From the NCBI GenBank assembly GCA_013239625.1, contig MU054187.1, positions 7,970,358 through 8,034,357 of the forward strand: a stretch of 64,000 nucleotides of DNA, in the 5' to 3' direction. Shown piece after piece: positions 26,219 through 39,970 of the stretch (its first letter is position 1; every line of letters starts with the position of its first letter). The notes under the pieces are model-generated. The model saw only the letters and a list, made by a program, of their open reading frames with translations, made no database searches and was not told the DNA's origin. The DNA is from Lama guanicoe. Lineage: Eukaryota. The translations under genes and the position numbers were made by a program.

Positions 26219-26987
26219 TGTGCCGGGGTAGGTAGTTCGGATCATCCAGAGTCTGTTGACCAGGTCCTTCAAATATTGATTCAGTTTAGTCTTTCTTTAC
26301 TGAAATGAAAATATATACTCTGTATTATACTGAGGTTTGGGCTGTGGATGCACTTCTGTAAATTGAAATAATAAATTAAATCCATTTTCTTTTAGTTACA
26401 ATTGGATAGAAAGGTGGCTACCTTCCAGTGGAAGAAGATATTAAATCTCTATGCAGCTTCACTCTTCTTTAAGCTAAAAAAAAAAAATACTATAGGATGT
26501 TTGAAAAATACTGACTACATTCTTCAATTCTTAGGACCATTTATCTAGAGTTTGCTAACTCTCATGTATAAATGATGACCTATCATTACAGCCCTAGATA
26601 TTTAAAACCAGTCGGCTCATCAAAAGAATGAAGAGAAAATGAGGAAGCAGAAAAGTTCATTTCACTCACCCATTTACACCATCATCTAGTTAGAGCCTAA
26701 TGCAAAGAGAAGAAATATTCAGATGCATTTCAGAAGGCTTTGAGCATTTAAGTGAAAAAATGTTTTAACCCTAACTTTCTCTTCCGGCTCTAAAGGGAGT
26801 CATGTTTTGTTTAGCCACTAATAAGGGAATAAAAATGTGTTCACACTCTAAATAATTCAAAAATCTTTGAGATATAAAAAATCTTTGATTTAAATCTTTG
26901 ACTTAAAATTACTACCAAAATTTGTCCTTTGCCTTTTATTGAATTCATAGAATTAAAGACTCCGGAAAAGAGGACTGTTATTGAGGC

Positions 26988-27235
26988 CAACGGCTCCCAA
27001 AAGTCGTCCTTAGTTCAGGGACAGTTCATGATTTTTTTTATTGGTTCGTGACAAACTGAGAGAAATAAGAATGCTGTCTTGAGTTTTTTTTAAAGTTATA
27101 TTCATTAATATTAAGAGAATATTCTCTATCATGAATCTATGTCTATTCTGTTTTATTGTGAAAACATTCTTACATTTATAAAATCACAATGGTAGATAGA
27201 ATTATGTATTTATTTTGATTTAAAATGCTAAAACA
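26988..27235. mobile_element. hAT-Charlie fragment (Charlie4-like)
   Basis: caacggctcccaaa...ttggttcgtgacaaactgagagaaataagaatg...gagttttt...taaagttatattcatt resembles the recalled consensus. Confidence 0.5.
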
Positions 27236-30200
27236 CTGAGAAATATTTTTTATATACAGCTAAATGTGCTTCTAACGATTGCTATTCATTAATTCTTTCC
27301 TCTGAAGTCACAAAAAACAAATACAGTCTTGTTTCATAAGAAACTGATAAAATCAAAACAAAGGCAACACCCCTAAAAGCCTTCTCTAGGTTGAACTTTT
27401 CTAGTTTCCTCAAGTGTTTCTCCAATGACATTGTACACTAATGACCTTCCAAACAGCACTACTTAAAAACAGACACCTTATGCCAAATGTGGTCTTACAA
27501 GGCAAGTTATACTACTGCACTTCATTGCTACATATTTATTGATGCAGACCATAGTTACCCTAATAGTTTAGTGATGTCTACACCTGCTCTCCTAAGCCAT
27601 GATGAAAGTTGCATCATCTTCAAGAAAAACTGCTTTTGGTATTTCTTGAGCATATGGACAGAACTCAGTTTAATTCACTAAAAATGACTTAACTCCAAAA
27701 CGTTAACAATAGCAAGACGAGAAGGCCTTGTCCTCTAGGAGAAGGACTGTAAACACACAATCTCAGTCAGTGTTGTCAGTGCCATGATGAAGGTCCGTCT
27801 AAGGTGGCTCATGAACAGAGCTGAGGGCACGGGAGGGAGTGAAGACTCAAGGCTCATAATGAGATACGGCTTTCACTTCCTTTGTGCTCAGTGAGCACAA
27901 TGAGTTTCTCTTGCTAATAAGCCATCTTAGAAGAAAAGGGAGACATGATGTGGAGAGATGAGCAAAGTCTAGTGTTGACCACCTATATGGATTTTGTTAA
28001 ATGATGTATAACTGGTGGCTATTTGAAACCATGACAAAATACTCTTAGTTCATTAATCCTCACATTGACAGCATCATACTAACTGAATATCTTTCTCTCT
28101 CTGTTCAGAAAGTATATCAGTTTGTAAAATGGAATTTAAAATAATCACAAACTACCTAAGCCCCTCACATGTGTATTTATTTGGCATTTATGGAGTTATC
28201 TATAAACTCACTAATTTGTAGAGTTGCCCACACTTGCTTTGGTGGCTTTTATTACAATCCCCTAGAAAAGTAGGTCCACATGTATGGGATTCTACAACAA
28301 AAAATTCAAGGTGAGCTGCAGAACACAGACAGCTTGGGACTTTTGTTGACAAAACTGTCTTTGACCTTCATGAAATTCACTGAAGTTAGCCTTACTCTAC
28401 CCATTTACCTTCAGTTTCGTGGATCAACCATTTTGAACTACTGCTGGCTTTTGCCTACTCTCATAATATGGGTTTTCTTATCTTTTTCTTCTGAAATTTA
28501 AGAGAAGAATATCAAGCCAAAGATTTCCTTAGGTGGAATGTATTCCTGGCGGTGACTGCGATTTAAATTCATGTTAAACTTTTCTTCTAAGGACCTCACA
28601 GCCTCTACAAATCTCACATGACCTCAGAATATCACCATCAGAAGATGAAATCTGGACAACATTACTCCTGTGGTCATTGCCATCCCTGAAGCAATTGTCA
28701 CTGGATGCCAAGACCAGGGCAAAAACTACAATATTGAAGAAAAAACCTATGTTAATTGCATCCACACTTATAAGAAATAATCCTTTCCCCTCCCCCATGA
28801 TTTGTAGGACCCTAGGATTCCCCTGTCTTCATGCATTAATTCACTGATTTCCTATTCATATTTGCTGGATGATATCTGAAAATATGCCACAGTCGTTTCA
28901 ATTCTTCAGATAAAGGTTTTGATCTCTATTAAAACAAAAATGATAATTTTAAAAAAGGCAGAAAAATCAAACCACTCTGGCCATTAAAGACATCTTGATT
29001 TTCTTCAGAAATAATCTTTATTTACTTTGCATCTGCTTTAGAAGAGGCAAATTGAAAAGTATCTGGCCTCTAAAGTATCAACATAAAATTGTGGAAATCA
29101 TTTTGGCCTTTCTTTGAGCATAAGTCTTAAAACAATAGAATCCAAATCTCCCCCATATTCTTTCCCCATCAAATAAAAAGAAAAATGATGTCAGCTGCAT
29201 TCAGTTACCAATATCTTCCATTACAGAGAATACCTGCTACTTTTATTTCATTTTTTCACACGAGCATTTTTTAGCAAACTCTTTTGCTTTCTTCTGGGAT
29301 ATGTTGAAAAATGCATTTGAAGTGATGTATATCCTGACTATGATTCCATTCATAGCAAAACAATGGAAGCAGTTGGTGTTGTGATGGTGTTAATATATTC
29401 ATGCAATACATCGGTAGACATATGGGAATCCAGGTTTTTTCCGTGCTTTGTGGAGTTTAAAAGGAACCTTCTAGACATGCATTTTTACGTACATAAAATA
29501 CAGTGTTCAAATAGGGACAGTGTACGAGAACATCCGGACTTGTCAGCTCTGTGCTGTCAGCAGAGATGAGTTTTCCGTGTGAGGTATTTCAGACTTCATT
29601 CATTATACTGCCCCATGGAGCACTGCCCAAAAGGCAGCAGGTAGAAAATCAGGAGCACTCAAATGAAATGATACTCAAGGGGTGAAGGCTGTTTTTTCCT
29701 CCTCAAGTTGTCTCTATTGACAGAGTTGACTTCACTTTGCCATTGAACTGTGACAAGTTGATTATTTTTAAAAACCAAAATATGGTGCATAATACATTTT
29801 AGCCTGAAGCTAAAAGTGAAGTGTGAATATTCATTCATTTTTCACTCTTCTATGGAAAAAAAATGTGGCCAGAGTAGTAAATAAAGTGTTAAACTCTATC
29901 AATCCCATGGAGTTAACGGATGATGTTTAAATGGAATCATTTTTAACAGGGTGGAATTCTTTTGATCTTAACATTGAGATTTTGTTGACAGGGAAGAAAT
30001 TACAGTTTTTAGTCTCAGTAACCTGACTATCAATTTATCAGGGGAAAAAATCATGAATTTAAGTATACTAAAATACATTGTATCCACAAACAGAATCCAT
30101 ACACACTCACACAAAACAAAGTTAAATGCATCCTGTCTGGAGATACATGACCGTGTGGCCAGAAATTTGGGCTGAGAACTTTAGACTAACTTAAACTAAT

Positions 30201-31574
30201 TTTAAGGCCTAACTCTGTAAAATCCTCCCAGAAATGGAACAGCTGTAGGGTCCCTTTGTGATGATTCTGCAAGTGGCCAGAGTTACAGTCAGTGGAGTGA
30301 CTTGGCCAGGGTCAGACAGTAAGTCGGTGGGCAAGCTCACCCCCTCCCACAATCCGCTGCAGTGTGTTACTCATCAGGCTGGGTTTCCAAGCCTAAGATA
30401 GAATTTTAAATGCCTTTTTCCAAGAAGAGCTAATTCAGAAGGTTGAGCCGGTCCAATTTTTGGTGAATTAGGCTCACAAAGACCTAATGACCTTATTTAT
30501 TTGGCATTTGTGTTTAGCCTAATATTTTAATTTTTTAAGCCTATTTTTTAGAAAATAACTTTTCTGTACAAGTTGACAGCCAGGAGCACACAAGTCTTAG
30601 CTAACACAAACTCTGGCCGTTGGTCCTCTTCACTTTGACCCACCTGGGTGAAATCGAGCAAAATCCACTTCCTTTTAAACGCTGTCAAAGGAAAACGAAG
30701 TTGTGCGGACGATAAGGGATTCTTAACTCCAAATGAAAAAGTACCACTTTGTCAGGTATTGCAAAACCCTTCCTTTAAGTATCAATGCATCTTTGCTCCT
30801 GGAGCCTCCAAATATCAGTTCTCCCGGCCTCATCCTCAGTCACAGGAGTGATTCTGCTTCTGTGGTTAATCTTTCCCTTCTGACTCAGGTGCTTCCTGAA
30901 ATCGTTTTTCTTCCGTGAGGAGTGAAAGTTATAACCAAGTTCTTACCATCATGTGAATAGGATGGAGTGAACTGTTAAACAATTCGCTCCTTGTTTTTTC
31001 TAAATATTACTTATTTTGCAATACAATGCAATAAACAGACTATCAGAAGAAAGAAACCACAAAATACTTTAATTCCATATCAAAATTCCCATAATCGTAA
31101 TTTAAATGGCTCCTTCAAGGAGTTTTTTTTCTCTTTTTAATTTTACTTCTGAAGGATTGGTTTATCTTTTTATAATAACACCAAAAAGAAATAGCCTGGC
31201 TCCATGTAATTTAATATACATCAGAGGGAAAGAAAAAAATCAACATTTCGAATGTCATCTATGCTGAACAAATATGTTTTAAGATTTTATTTTCTTAATT
31301 CTCATTAAATTCAAGTTTATTCAAATAATCTAAGAATTAGGTTAAAATTTCCCCTTTAAAAAAACTATCTTTAAGGCTGAAATAAGATTGAAGGAAAAAT
31401 CTTAGATGATTTAAGGGGTCATTCTGGTTTTTAAGAGCATTTATGGTGTACATTAACAAGCATTTAACATTCCCACCATAAGCATAATGTCATAATATGA
31501 CTTGGGATTATGGCAAGATCACTTTATACCATAATCTAATGCCTGCCCAATGGACAGAAGGCAAGGCTAGACCA

Positions 31575-32495
31575 AGGAAAATATTGATGAATCTGACCTT
31601 ATAAAAATCAACAATCTGTGCAGGGAAAAAAAAAATCCATAACAGTCAAAAAATGACAACTTGAGAAAATTTTGCAATTTGTGTCATAGAAAAAGAATTA
31701 ATTTTCCTAATACATAAGTTGATCCTTACAGCATGATAAGAAAAACCAACCACCCAATAGAAAAAGTGGGCAAATGCTTCAAACAGAAGAAAAAAAGGTT
31801 CAACTTTACTCATAATTAGAGAAATGCAAATTCAGACTGTCCCGAGATGCCATTATTTACCTACCAAAGATTAAGATGGACAAAGGTTAAGAATTTGATG
31901 ACACACTACCTTGGAAAGGGCACAAGAAACCCAAATTGTCTTTTACTTGGATGGTGGGAGTTCACGTTGTTGAAACCCACACAGAATGCAATTTGACAAT
32001 ATCCATCAAAATAAGAAGCTCGCTATCTTTTGACCTAGTAATTCTGCTGTCAGGAATTTATCCTATAGATAAACTTGATCACATTTGAATAACATACATG
32101 TGTACTTGTTACAGAATATTTTCCACTGGGAAAGCAGAAGGAACCTACCTGCTCAACAACTGAGGACTGATTAGATAAATTATATCCAGAAAATGGAATA
32201 TAACTCAGCTATAAACAAGAATAAGGAAATTCTTTGTATATTGGTATGGAAAGAACTTATTTAGGGAAAAAATAAGGCACAAAATTTTGTTTATCACATG
32301 CCATATTTCGTATTATAAATGGGGGAAATACACATTCCCATGTTCTTATAAATACTTTAATAAAACTGAAGTGTCCCTGGAAGCACACAAAATAAAAGAA
32401 TGACACAGGTACCCATGAGGAGGGGAACTGGATGACCAGAGGAGGGACAAGGAGGGGACCTTTCACTTGTTAAATCTGAACATTGTGACTGTGTT
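31575..32495 (+). mobile_element. Old L1ME ORF2 end and 3' UTR
   Basis: cacccaatagaaaaagtgggcaaa, ctcataattagagaaatgcaaatt, caggaatttatcctatagata. Confidence 0.8.
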
Positions 32496-32505
32496 ATTAT
32501 AATAC

Positions 32506-33250
32506 TGTGATTTATGATGAAGAAAACATATTTGGTCTTGGTCCCCATTCCTGGCCCTAAGCTCCTAAAACCCTTGAAATTCCCAGGTGAGGAGAACAGA
32601 AAAGATGTCTTTCGTGTTACTGAGGTGACTTTTGGAAAGCCCCAGGAAAATGAGGATGGGGGACAGTTGCTAAGGGAACCAATCACATGATGAGAGAGTT
32701 GGAACTTTCAGTTCCACCCCAGAGAGGGGAGGGGGGCCAGAGACTAGGTTCAATCACCAGCGGCCAATCGTGCCTATGTAATGAAGCCTCCATAAAAAAC
32801 TCAAAGTCAGGGATCTGAGAGCTTCCAGGTTGGTGGACACGTGAAGGTTCAGGGAGAGTGGCGTGCTCAGAAAGACTGGAAGCTCTGCGTCCCTTCCCCA
32901 TACCTTGCCTTATCCACCTCTTCCATCTGGCTGTTCCTGAGCTCTGTCCTTAAATAATAAACTGGTAATCTAGTAAGAACAATGTCTCTCTGAGTTCTAT
33001 GAGCCGCTGTACCAAATGAATTGACCCCAAGAAGGGGGGGTCATAGGAATCTCTGATTTATGCTGGATTTGCAGGTGGGATCTGAAGTGGGGGGCATTCT
33101 TGTGGGACTGAGCCCTTAACCTGTGAGATCTGACATGATCCAGGTAGATAGTGTCAGAATTAAGTTGAACTGCAGGACTCCCAGCTGATGGAGAATTGCT
33201 TAGTGGTACTGGAAAACCCATACATGGGAGTTGGTATCAGAATTGGAGTT
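32506..33250 (+). mobile_element. MER21B-like ERVL solo LTR
   Basis: tgtgatttat...ttcctggccctaagctcctaaaacccttgaaattccc, tgcctatgtaatgaagcctccataaaaa, cttgtgggactgagcccttaacctgtg, tccaggtagatagtgtcagaatt. Confidence 0.9.
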
Positions 33251-33479
33251 ATCTACTGAAAAAAAAAAATCTACAACACCATTCGAGGGCTCCAAAGAAG
33301 ACAAGATTGCCTCTGAGCCCAACAGGCACCCTGGGAACCTACTGACGGGCCTGCAACTTATGAAAAAGTGAGTTTATTCTCCCTTGAGCAACCTGTCCCC
33401 TAAAGCAGATAAGAGAATCAGCATGTTAGAACCAAATACAACCCTAAAGACACAGTCCTGTAAGTCACATGCAGGACAG

Positions 33480-34560
33480 TTGTCCGATCCTTTCTTGAGA
33501 CTCTCTGTATTGCTGGCATTCATGATACCACATCATTGTGATTTTTCCCTAATTCTCTGACCTCTCAATTTCAGCCTCATTCCCAGGTTTCTCTTTTCTG
33601 TCTGGCCTCTTTACATTAATAGGAGCACTTGAGGGCTCAGTTTTGAAATCTCTTATACTTTCACTGAACATGCATTCTGTATGGCTTGCTGAGGCTGTCA
33701 TAACAAAGCACCACAAACTGGGTGGTTTAAACAACAGAAATGTATTCTCACGTATTCTCAAATGTCTCGTGGTTCTGGAGGTCAGAAATCTGAGATCGAG
33801 ATGTCCTTCCGAGGGATGAAGGAAAATCGGTGTCAGGCCTCTCTCCTAGTATCTGGTGGTTTGCTGGCAACCTTCCGTGTGCCTTGGCCAGTATACGCAT
33901 CACCCACTCTCTGCCTTCATCTTCACATGATGTTCTTCTTTTGTGTGTGTCTGTGTCAAATGCCCCTTTAATTTATAAGGACACTCATCATATTGGATTA
34001 GAATCCCAATGACCTCATTTTAATTTGACCACCTTGGTAAAAAACCCATCTCCATGTGAGGTCACATTATAGAATACTGAGTGTTAAGACTTCAATAGTT
34101 CTTTTGTGGGGATGGTTGGGGGTTTGGAGACTCGTGAATTTGGGGATTTGACATTTAGCCCATAACATATTCCCTAGACTACTTCATTCACTCCTATGGC
34201 TTGACACACTATCCATTTGCCAAGAAGTCCTCCGTTGATATATCCAGCCTGTATCTATTCTCAATCCACCTGCCAGAATGAGATCTCTGCCCATATGTCT
34301 CATAAGATCTCAAACTTGTATCAGAAACTGTCCTTCATCATCTGCTACTGCCCCATCTGTTCCCCGTCTAGTCTTCCTCATCTCAGTTAATAGCAATTCC
34401 ATCCCTGCTCTTACTTAGACCAGAATCCTGGGGGATTATCCCTGATGCTCTGACATCCAGTCACTCACTAAGCCCTCTGTCTATTCAGGCTCCAGCACAA
34501 ATCCCATGTTTATCCAATCCTTGGCATCCTACTTACAACTGCCACTATTGCCATCTAAAA
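33480..34560 (+). mobile_element. L2 interrupted by MLT1B
   Basis: gtcttcctcatctcagttaatagcaattccatc, gacatccagtcactcactaagccct. Confidence 0.65.
33678..34167 (-). mobile_element. MLT1B-like MaLR solo LTR
   Basis: gctgtcataacaaagcaccacaaactgggtggtttaaacaacagaaat...ttataaggacactcatcatattggattag...cccataaca. Confidence 0.88.
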
Positions 34561-35364
34561 ATTTCTGTTCCCATGAAATATCAAAAGCTCATATGTGCTA
34601 TACTAAAAATATTGGAAGAGAGACAGGTTTTATTCAAGATTTTAGGAATCAAGGTTGATACTCTCCTTTTCTAAGCTTGCAACATTAGCCTTAAACAAGG
34701 GCTATTTTAAAGGGGTTCTCTCTCTTTTTCCTGTTGTTTATTATCTGAACTGTAATTTTCTGCTTTATCCTGTGTAAGAGTGCAAGGGTCAGTCATTATA
34801 TCGTGATGATGAGGTTACTACAGGTACCACCACTCTTTACTTTGTTGAAGTATGAAGTGATTAAAGCAAACTACAAGGAGTATATGTTCAACCCAGGAGA
34901 CGTGAATTTGACACCCATTCCATTCTAAAAAAAAAAAAAAGCACTTAGATTTACAAATTAAGAAATGCATATGAGGATAATGCATTTTCTAAGTTTGAAA
35001 CCCACCAACATACTGTAAAACTCAGAGTCTGTGAATTCTTAAGTAAATAGGCCATGCCATTCCTCAAGAGACGAAGTTCTCACAATAGTTTTCTCACTGT
35101 ATCCTTAAATAGAACACAAAGGCATCTTCAGCTGGCCTGTGGATCACCCAGATAAGCTTCACATCACAAGCACCCACAAAGAGATGCCACATGACAGAGG
35201 CAGTAAGCTCGAGAATATTAACATGAGACGATTGCTCGACTGAGTCAGCATCAATAAAGCAGAGCACATTTATTATCTGGAATAAAGGTTATGGATTTCA
35301 CGAACACATCCACATTTCCTTGTTAAGACATCCTTGGGTAAAAATGTCATACAATTTCAAAACG

Positions 35365-35480
35365 GCCACTGGGGTGCAATTTGGGATAGAAAACAAAGCA
35401 AAGCCACCTAGTTTATGTGGGGAACAAGCTAATTAGATTGGTGCCATTAGCACAGACCTCTAACCAAATGTGCTAATTTA
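35365..35480 (-). mobile_element. MamSINE1-like ancient tRNA-headed SINE fragment
   Basis: Minus strand reads ttagcacatttggttagaggtctgtgctaatg...ttcccc...ggctttgctttgtt...ttgcacccc. Confidence 0.55.
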
Positions 35481-36072
35481 ACTCCAAATTACACAGGAAA
35501 ATGGGGAGTCATGTTGACCATTGTGTAGGACAAAATACATATGAATGTTCTGAAAACTCATGCATCTGACCTGAAATATAAAGCACTTTAAAGAGAATAA
35601 AATGCCGTCAAGCTTTACCACTCAGTGTGCCTAAGAAAAACATCACTGCATCTCTGCATCTCAGTACAACGAAGATGAGAATTACACACTTTTCAAAAAT
35701 AGTCTTTCAACTATTGATGTCTTTGCAAGAAACAGACTATTATAATTACTGTTATCTTTAAAATAATTCAGCATGATTTCATAGATTTGAGTGACTAAGC
35801 AATTCTTTTTTTTTCCTTATTGGTATCTCTCTTATATTTTAAACACTATATTCATGAAGTCCAGAAATCAGACACCCTCAAAGCTTCAATTAGCTAGGAC
35901 TGAAACACCAGCTTTCTAAGCAACTTCCATTTTACCGGGTTGCTCTTCTCAGATAAGCATCCCCAAGGAGGACCATTATTCACTAGCCATTCTTTCTTCT
36001 ACCGCCTCACCATCCCGTAACCTGTAGCAATCTGATCTCTGCCCTCATAGCTGAAATAGTTCTCATAATCTG

Positions 36073-36590
36073 GTCATTCATTCTAGCATTTAATTGAGTG
36101 CCAACTACCACATTCAGGCATTATTATAATTACAGCAGCGAACAAAACAAAGTTTGTTCCCTCACTAGCTTGTGATGGAAGTGACAAAAAAAAAAAAGGA
36201 AAAATAACTAAATAAATAGAGAGAGTATGAGATGGTATAAAATCAAGCAAAGATAAGGGAATTGACAGGGCCTCAATCTGCAGAGAAGAAGGCCGTACTG
36301 TAGTCAGAGAAGACCTCATAGAAAGTGAGTTTGTGAATATGCACAGGAGAGTGTTTCTAGGAAAAATGCAGAGTGAGTCCCTGGGATGGAAGACTGCTTG
36401 GCATGTTTAAATAAGAGCAAGGGGGGGCGGTGTGCCCAGTGCAGAGTAAATGAAGTCCAAGGAAGTCGGGAGGGCAGCAAAGGCATGATTATATAGGATT
36501 AAATAATTTAGTTGAGAAGGACTTTAGATTTTACCAAGTGAACTCAGAAACTATTAGAAATTTTTGAGCAGAGGAGAGACATATTTTGCA
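36073..36590 (-). mobile_element. L2a 3' end
   Basis: tcattcatt...ttgagtgccaactac...tacagcagcgaacaaaac; ttttgagcagaggagagacat. Confidence 0.8.
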
Positions 36591-38104
36591 TATGACCAAA
36601 GTTATAAAAATCCAATGATAATGGACAATAGGAATATAATTTTAAAATACCATTTATAAAAACATTAATAGAATAAAAAACTTAACCCAAAAAATGCATG
36701 GAAAACTACAAAACAGTGTTGTGTAAAGTTAAAGAAAGCTTTAATAAAGGAAGAGATATATCTTGTTTGTAGTTTGGAAGACTCAATATTAATAAGCTGT
36801 CAATTCACCCCAAATTGATGCATACATTCAGTGTACTTCCAATTAAAATGCCAGCAGATTTTTTATAGAAATTTAAGCTGATTCTAAAGTTTATATGGGA
36901 ATACAAAAATCATAGAATAGCTAAAACAACTTTGAAAAAGTAAGAATAATTTGGAGGACTATCAATATTAATACACAATTAAAATTATGAAGACAAAGTA
37001 GAATTAGCCTAAAGATAGACATATATATCATTGGAACAGAATAGAAAATCAAAATAAACCCACAAATATAAGGTCCATTGAGTTTGGGAAAATGTTTAAA
37101 AGCAAAAGAATGGATAAAGAATTAATCTTTTCAACAAATTGTTCTGGAATAACTAGTACAAAAAATCCAATAAAATCAAAACCTACCTCACACCATACAT
37201 GAAATTAAACTCAAAATAGATAATAGAATAAAACATAAAAGTAAAGATGTAATTTTTCTAGGAAGAAACAGGAGAAAATCTTTGCAATCTTGAGATAAGC
37301 AAGGATTTCTTTAACAGGACATGAAAAACACTAACTACAAAGGAAAAAATTTATAAACTGAAAACTTCTGTTCTTCAAAAGACAGTATGAATAAAATGTA
37401 AAAGCAAAACACAGACTGGAAGAAAAATAGTCATAATACACACTTAACAAAAACTTTTGTGTCCTGAATACATATAGAATGCAACTCAGTAATAAAAAGA
37501 TAACAACTTTCAAAAATAGGCAAAAATGTTAAACAGATACTTCACAAAATAGATACAAATTTCAAAAGCCCATGAATTTAAAAAGAGCCCCATATCATTA
37601 ATTATTAGGGAAAAAGAAGTAAAAACTATTATGGAATACCTCTACTTACCACTAGGATGGCTTTCTTTTTTTTTTTTTTTAATTATTGGTACCAAGAGTT
37701 AGTGAGGATATGGAACATCTAGAACTCCCTAATGCAAAAATGTGCTCTTTAGATGCTGCAATGGTATAACCTCTTCAGAAAACAGTTTGGCAATTTTTTA
37801 CACAGTTAAATATTCATTCACCATATAACCCAGAAAAAACACACCTTTAAGTATTTACTCAAGAGGGAAAAATAACACATAACCACAAGAAGACTAGAAC
37901 ATGAATGTTCACAGTAGCTTTATTAGTAATAAGCCATAAAGTGGAAACCCACTGTCCAAATTGTGATATAGTCATACAAGAAGATACTAGTTAGCCATAT
38001 GAAGAAACAAAACTATTGATACATAAACAACATGGGTGAATCTTAAAAATATGCTGAGCGAAAGACACTAGGCATAAAAACACATATCATCTATGGTCTA
38101 TGAT

Positions 38105-39670
38105 CACAGAACTAGAACAACTAATTTTAAAATTCGTATGAAAACACAAAAGATCCCAAATAACCAAAACAATCTTGAGAAAGAAGAGAGCTGGAGGAGT
38201 CATGCTGTCTGACTTCAAACTATACTACAAAGCAACAGTAATTAAAACAGTATGATACTGACACAAAAACAGACACAAAGATCAATGGAACAGAAGTGAG
38301 AGCCCAGAAATAAACCCAGGTACTTATAGTCAGTTAATTATGACAAAGGAGACAAGAACATACAATGGAGAAAAGACAATCTCTTCAATAAGTGGTGCTG
38401 GGAAAACTGGACAGCTACATGTAAAAGAATGAAATTAGAACATTCTCTAACACCACATATACAACTAAATTCAAATGGATTAAAGATCTAAATGTAACAC
38501 TGGATATTATTAAGCTTCTTAAGAAAAACATAGGCAGAGAACACTCTTGACATAAATCAGAGCAATATTTTTTTTGGATCTGCCTCCTAAAGTAAAGGAA
38601 ATAAAAGCCAAAATGAACAAATGGGACCCGATTAAACTTAAAAGCTTTTTCACAGCAAAGGAAACTATAAACAAAATCAAAAGACAACCTATGGAATGGG
38701 ACAAAATATTTGCAAATGATATGACTGAAAAGGGATCCATATCCAACATATATAAACAGCTCATACAAGTCAACATCTAAAAAACAAACAACTCAATCAA
38801 AAAATGGGCACAAGAACCAAACAGACATTTTTCCAAAGAGGAAATGCAGATAGCCAACAGGCACAAGAAAGGATGCTCAACACTGCTGATTCTCAGGGAA
38901 AGGCAAATCAAAACCAAAATGAGATTTCACTTCCAACCATCAGAATGGCTATCATCAAAAAGGACACAAATAACAAATGTTGGCAAGGAGGTAGAGAAAA
39001 GGGAACTCTTGTACATTGTTAGTGGGAATGTAAGTTGATGCAGCCACTGTGGAAAACAGTATGGAAGTTTCTTGAAAAAACTAAAAGTAGAACTACCATA
39101 TGACCTAGCAGTTTCACTCCTGGGTATATATCCAAAAAACCCCCCAAAACACTAATTTGAAAAGATAGATGCACTCCAATGTTCATAACAGCTATAGTTA
39201 CAATTGCCAAGATACAGAGACAACCTAAGTGTCCGTCAACAGATGAATGCAGAAAGATGATGTGGTATGTATATATACAATGGAATACTACTCAGCCATA
39301 AAAAACAACAAAATTTTGCCATTTGCGGCAACATGGATGGACTTGGAGGGCGTAATGCTAAGTGAAGGAAGTCAGACAGAGAAAGACAAATACTGTATGA
39401 TATCACTCATATGTGGAACCTAAAAAATACAACAAACTAGTGAATATAACAAAAAAGAAGCAGACTGACAGATACAGAGAACAAACTTGTGGTTACCATT
39501 AAGAGGCAGAAGGGGGAACATAGCAGTGGGAAAGTGGTAGGTATAAAATATTGGGTGTAACATAGGGTCAGGGATGCATTGTACTACATGGGTAATACAG
39601 TCAATATTTTAAATAACTGTAAATGAAATGTAACTGTTCAAAATTGTATAAAAATATTAAAAAAAATTTA
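38105..39670 (+). mobile_element. Middle-aged L1 (artiodactyl-type) ORF2 C-terminus and 3' UTR
   Basis: ORFs 38574-38780 and 38804-39022 are ORF2-like ([26 protein letters not shown]) with frameshifts; 3' end aataactgtaaatg...aaaattgtataaaaa. Confidence 0.92.
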
Positions 39671-39818
39671 AAGCATATATACTGTATAACCTAGTTACAT
39701 GAGTTTCTTAACAGGTAACATTAATCTATAGTGGTAGAATAGAAGCCACAGTGCCTGGAAGGGCTAGAAGGGCTGCTCAGGAAGGGACACCAGTAGCATC
39801 AAAAAGGTTGTTTTTTTT

Positions 39819-39970
39819 GGGGGGTAAGGTATAGCTTAGTGGTACAGCATGTGCTCCTTAGCACACACAAGGTCCTGGGTTCAATCCCCAGGACCTCCAT
39901 TAGAACAAATAAACAAATAAAATTAATTACCCCTCACCACCCCCCAAAAAAAAGAAAATAAAGTATAAAA
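39819..39970 (+). mobile_element. Camelid tRNA-derived SINE (vic-1 type)
   Basis: G-run start, A box tagcttagtgg, B box ggttcaatcc, then aaataaa...taattacccc and an A-rich tail. Confidence 0.85.

Noticed and set aside
27882..27900. Perfect 9-bp inverted repeat ttgtgctca-g-tgagcacaa
   Set aside because: Does not extend; plausible by chance in 64 kb.
28600..28780. Protein-like frame NLDNITPVVIAIPEAIVTGCQDQGKNYNIEEKTYVNC
   Set aside because: In-frame stops upstream, no convincing exon boundaries and no homologue I can identify; a BLASTX would settle it.
39819..39900. tRNA gene
   Set aside because: The A and B boxes belong to a SINE head that continues into a SINE-specific tail.
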